Origin: a virus
Direction: 5' to 3' (one strand)
IMG/VR virus record: IMGVR_UViG_3300045988_163821
Span: 1 to 20,130 of that record
DNA: 20,130 bases
Shown here: positions 17,871-20,130 of the stretch, piece by piece
Layout: every line of letters begins with the position of its first letter
Numbering within the stretch: position 1 is the first letter of the stretch
Position numbers and translations under genes: made by a program
The notes under the pieces: generated by a model
What the model was told of the DNA's origin: nothing
Databases searched by the model: none
What the model saw: the letters and a program-made list of their open reading frames with translations, nothing else

Positions 17871-18392
17871 ATGAAGGCTGTAGATTTAAATGATACGGAA
17901 GCTATAAAATTGGCTGCGTATATAAAAGATAAGTACTTAGAATATCCAAAAAATATAAAACAGAGAGTGATTTCGCCAATAAAACTACAAAAATCGTTAT
18001 ATTTTTTATTTGCTTATTGGGGAAAATTTATTAGAAAAAATGTAGAAAATCCAGATAGTGTAGAGGTAGACTATTCAAAATATAATGAGAACTTATTTGA
18101 TGATAGAATAGAAGCATGGACATATGGTCCTGTTGTACCATCTGTTTTTGGACGTGACAAAACAGGATATTTAGAAAATGTAAATATAGATGGATATTTG
18201 GAAGATGACATTGTAAAAAAAGATTTTATAGATAATTTACTTGATCAATTATTTGAAATAGATGATTTCGGATTAGTAAATATATCACATCAAGATGAGT
18301 GTTGGAAGAAATATTATATTAAAGAAGATAAAAAACATAACAAAGAGATGCCAAAGAAGGAAATAATAGATGAATATTACAATCAAAGATAG
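17871..18392 (+). CDS. Panacea/SocA-like (DUF4065) antitoxin-domain protein
   Basis: DTEAIKLAAYIKDKY...ISPIKLQKSLYFLFAYWG...FDDRIEAWTYGPVVPSVFG...: LQK.LYF and EAW.YGPV.P motifs typical of DUF4065; RBS AAAGGGGAA. Confidence 0.85.
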   Translation: MKAVDLNDTEAIKLAAYIKDKYLEYPKNIKQRVISPIKLQKSLYFLFAYWGKFIRKNVENPDSVEVDYSKYNENLFDDRIEAWTYGPVVPSVFGRDKTGYLENVNIDGYLEDDIVKKDFIDNLLDQLFEIDDFGLVNISHQDECWKKYYIKEDKKHNKEMPKKEIIDEYYNQR

Positions 18393-19002
18393 ATTACAGG
18401 AGCTTCCGAACAGCAAAAACGAAAATATATTTAAACATAGAATACAGAAAATAATAAGAAGTGGAGCAAGAATTATAAATACAGAGCAATATAATTATAA
18501 ATGTTTTTGCTTTAATGGAAACTTACATTCTATCAAGTTAGAGGAAGAAAAATTTACAAATTTTTTAAGTAGTTATGATAACAAACTTAGTAATATATTA
18601 AAAAAAGTGTTTGAAAAATTATATTTGGAAGAATATGATTTTTTAGAAGAGTTTGTATTAGATGAGTATGAAGCAAGTGAATACACACAAGAAAGTAAAA
18701 GACTTAAAAGGATAATAACTAAAGCGAATAATATTGATGATAACAAATTACCACAAATACATAAATTTAAACCAACAAAGTACAAAATGAAACAAGATAA
18801 AAGATATGATGGAATTAGGTTATATGTTTCTTGTAATACAGATGGGGTAATAGACTTATATTTAGTTGATTTATACCATTTAGGAATAGATGCATATAAT
18901 TATATAACTAATAAATATGAATTAAATGTGCATTATAAAAACGCTGAAAAATATAAATGCTGTATTTCAAAAATGGCAGATAATTATATTATAAAAGACT
19001 AG
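18370..19002 (+). CDS. Unknown protein translationally coupled to Panacea gene (candidate PanT-like toxin)
   Basis: 210 aa, start ATG lies 23 nt inside the upstream gene; followed immediately by a terminator. Confidence 0.5.
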   Translation: MNITIKDRLQELPNSKNENIFKHRIQKIIRSGARIINTEQYNYKCFCFNGNLHSIKLEEEKFTNFLSSYDNKLSNILKKVFEKLYLEEYDFLEEFVLDEYEASEYTQESKRLKRIITKANNIDDNKLPQIHKFKPTKYKMKQDKRYDGIRLYVSCNTDGVIDLYLVDLYHLGIDAYNYITNKYELNVHYKNAEKYKCCISKMADNYIIKD

Positions 19003-19020
19003 CAAAACTAGTCTTTTTTT
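18993..19020 (+). terminator. Rho-independent terminator
   Basis: AAAGACTAG-CAAAA-CTAGTCTTTTTTT. Confidence 0.85.
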
Positions 19021-19027
19021 TAGTTAT

Positions 19028-19069
19028 CGACAAATTTCGACAAAAACAATTAACATAATGTGCTATAAT
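19028..19069 (+). promoter_or_regulatory. Candidate promoter with Spo0A-box-like sites
   Basis: CGACAAATTTCGACA (19028-19042) then TATAAT (19064-19069); nearly the same layout as at 3372-3412. Confidence 0.5.
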
Positions 19070-19085
19070 AAATAGAGGTGATTAA

Positions 19086-19232
19086 ATGAGTATAGACTTG
19101 CTAATAATACGCAACCGTGCAAGACTAGAAAAATTAATTACAGAAGATAAAGAATATAGCATAATACTAAAACAAAGCCAAAAGTTGGACAAATTAATAA
19201 ATGCAAAAATGAAAGAGATTAACGCAAGTTAG
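19086..19232 (+). CDS. Spo0E-like aspartyl-phosphate phosphatase family protein (48 aa)
   Basis: MSIDLLIIRNRARLEKLITEDKEYSIILKQSQKLDKLINAKMKEINAS*: N-terminal I...R..L helix and SQ-x-LD-x-LI signature of the Spo0E family; RBS AGAGGTGA. Not in supplied track. Confidence 0.75.
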   Translation: MSIDLLIIRNRARLEKLITEDKEYSIILKQSQKLDKLINAKMKEINAS

Positions 19233-19240
19233 TCTCTTTT
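19212..19240 (+). terminator. Rho-independent terminator overlapping the end of the Spo0E-like ORF
   Basis: AAAGAGATTAAC-GCAA-GTTAGTCTCTTTT, 12-bp stem with one G-U and a GNRA tetraloop. Confidence 0.75.
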
Positions 19241-19272
19241 ACTGTTATGTAATAGAAGAGTATTAAGCTCTT

Positions 19273-19596
19273 CTATTTTTCTCGCATTTCTATGTTAATT
19301 AGTAAATCTATTAAATGGCTTATTTCCATAACTTCTGTGGAATTTAATCCATATTTATCTATTCTCTTATACATCTCTTGTTTTAAATTTTCTATATCAA
19401 ATTTGGTGTAAAACAAATCCTTTATATTTACATCTAATGTTGTAGCAATAGAAAGTAATTTATCCAATGTAGGATTATTTTTGTTTCCTTTTTCCAAATC
19501 TTCTATATAGCTTTTGGAAACGTTAGACAATTTACTTAATTTGCGTATACTATAACCTTTTTGTTTTCGTAAATTTTTAATTCTAAATATTATCAT
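19273..19596 (-). CDS. XRE/HTH_3 family phage repressor
   Basis: RIKNLRKQKGYSIRKLSKLSNVSKSYIEDLEKGNKNNPTLDKLLSIATTLDVNIKDLF classic HTH_3; RBS AGAGGTG on minus strand. Confidence 0.9.
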   Translation of the reverse strand: MIIFRIKNLRKQKGYSIRKLSKLSNVSKSYIEDLEKGNKNNPTLDKLLSIATTLDVNIKDLFYTKFDIENLKQEMYKRIDKYGLNSTEVMEISHLIDLLINIEMREK

Positions 19597-19607
19597 ATTG
19601 CACCTCT

Positions 19608-19638
19608 AAAAATAGTATCCTACTATTATACTATTTTT
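19608..19638. promoter_or_regulatory. Candidate repressor operator/autoregulatory region
   Basis: AAAAATAGTAT-CCTACTATT-ATACTATTTTT perfect 11-bp inverted repeat containing a third TACTAT half-site; minus-strand TATAAT at 19625-19630. Confidence 0.6.
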
Positions 19639-19678
19639 ATTCACAAAACCGCAATATGACGCTGTTAGCGGACACTTT

Positions 19679-19722
19679 TGTCGAACGATTTTGCTTGACT
19701 TTTTTCGACATTAAAATATAAT
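19679..19722 (+). promoter_or_regulatory. Rightward promoter with two Spo0A-box-like sites
   Basis: TGTCGAA (19679-19685), TTGACT (19695-19700), TTCGACA (19704-19710), 16-nt spacer, TATAAT (19717-19722). Confidence 0.6.
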
Positions 19723-19733
19723 AAAAAAAGAAA

Positions 19734-19815
19734 AGAGATAGACAAGTTCCAGTTGTCTATCTCTACAAGGACTGTTACTCTAACACAAACGTAACAGTTA
19801 GAGTATACAGTCCTT
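19734..19815 (+). ncRNA. Highly structured 5' leader (two long hairpins)
   Basis: 12-bp perfect stem AGAGATAGACAA/TTGTCTATCTCT (19734-19745/19753-19764); 18-bp stem with one bulge, AAGGACTGTTACTCTAAC/GTTAGAGTA(T)ACAGTCCTT (19767-19784/19797-19815). Confidence 0.5.
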
Positions 19816-19842
19816 TACAGAAATTGTCAAGGAGGAATACAT

Positions 19843-19992
19843 ATGAAAGAAATTATTATTGCAGAAAACGAACTAATACGATTATATTCTATAGAGGAAA
19901 AGAAAAAATTCTTTGAAGAAAAGCAATATTTAAGTGTAGAGAATCTAATTAAAATAAATATGAATTACGCCAAAATTACGCCAAATAAATAA
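19843..19992 (+). CDS. Small hypothetical protein (49 aa)
   Basis: MKEIIIAENELIRLYSIEEKKKFFEEKQYLSVENLIKINMNYAKITPNK*; strong RBS AAGGAGGA; missing from supplied track. Confidence 0.6.
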   Translation: MKEIIIAENELIRLYSIEEKKKFFEEKQYLSVENLIKINMNYAKITPNK

Positions 19993-19996
19993 AAAT

Positions 19997-20022
19997 AGAG
20001 ATACAGAAAACTCTGTATCTCT
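19997..20022 (-). terminator. Terminator downstream of tRNA-Gly (minus strand)
   Basis: AGAGATACAG/CTGTATCTCT 10-bp stem, followed on the minus strand by ATTTTTATTTATTT. Confidence 0.65.
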
Positions 20023-20033
20023 TGAAAATACTA

Positions 20034-20107
<74 letters not shown>

Positions 20108-20130
20108 AAGTACGATATAATTATAACATC

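Noticed and set aside
19997-20022. Terminator of the 49-aa ORF on the plus strand
   Set aside because: No T-tract follows the hairpin on the plus strand; the T-rich tail is on the minus strand, fitting the tRNA-Gly transcript.

Overview
The window looks like the late (structural and lysis) half of a low-GC siphophage or prophage from a probably spore-forming Clostridia-like host, followed by a lysogeny/accessory region. Plus-strand order: C-terminal part of a major capsid protein, head-tail connection genes, major tail protein, tail-assembly chaperone (G with a GT-like continuation in the -1 frame), a ~2.4 kb accessory insertion (DUF4190/OB-like membrane protein, ribbon-helix-helix regulator, structured leader plus 54-aa membrane protein, unknown gene, BRO-type antirepressor), tape measure protein, Dit, tail hub/baseplate, an unknown protein, a tail protein with a C-terminal Hint (intein-like) domain, an upper-baseplate/fibre gene split by an apparent +1 frameshift, holin-like proteins and an M15 + PG_binding_1 endolysin. 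The accessory/lysogeny region holds a candidate non-coding RNA, an AbrB-like gene (-), an overlapping Panacea/SocA (DUF4065) + unknown pair resembling a PanAT toxin-antitoxin operon, a 48-aa ORF missing from the supplied track that resembles a Spo0E-like Spo0A~P phosphatase, an XRE repressor (-), a 49-aa ORF behind a heavily structured leader, and a tRNA-Gly (-). The most interesting idea: perfect Spo0A-box-like 7-mers (TTCGACA/TGTCGAA) lie at the promoters of the DUF4190 gene and the Spo0E-like gene and in the repressor/49-aa ORF intergenic region, suggesting a phage-sporulation regulatory circuit. Family assignments are from recall of sequence motifs; no database search was run.
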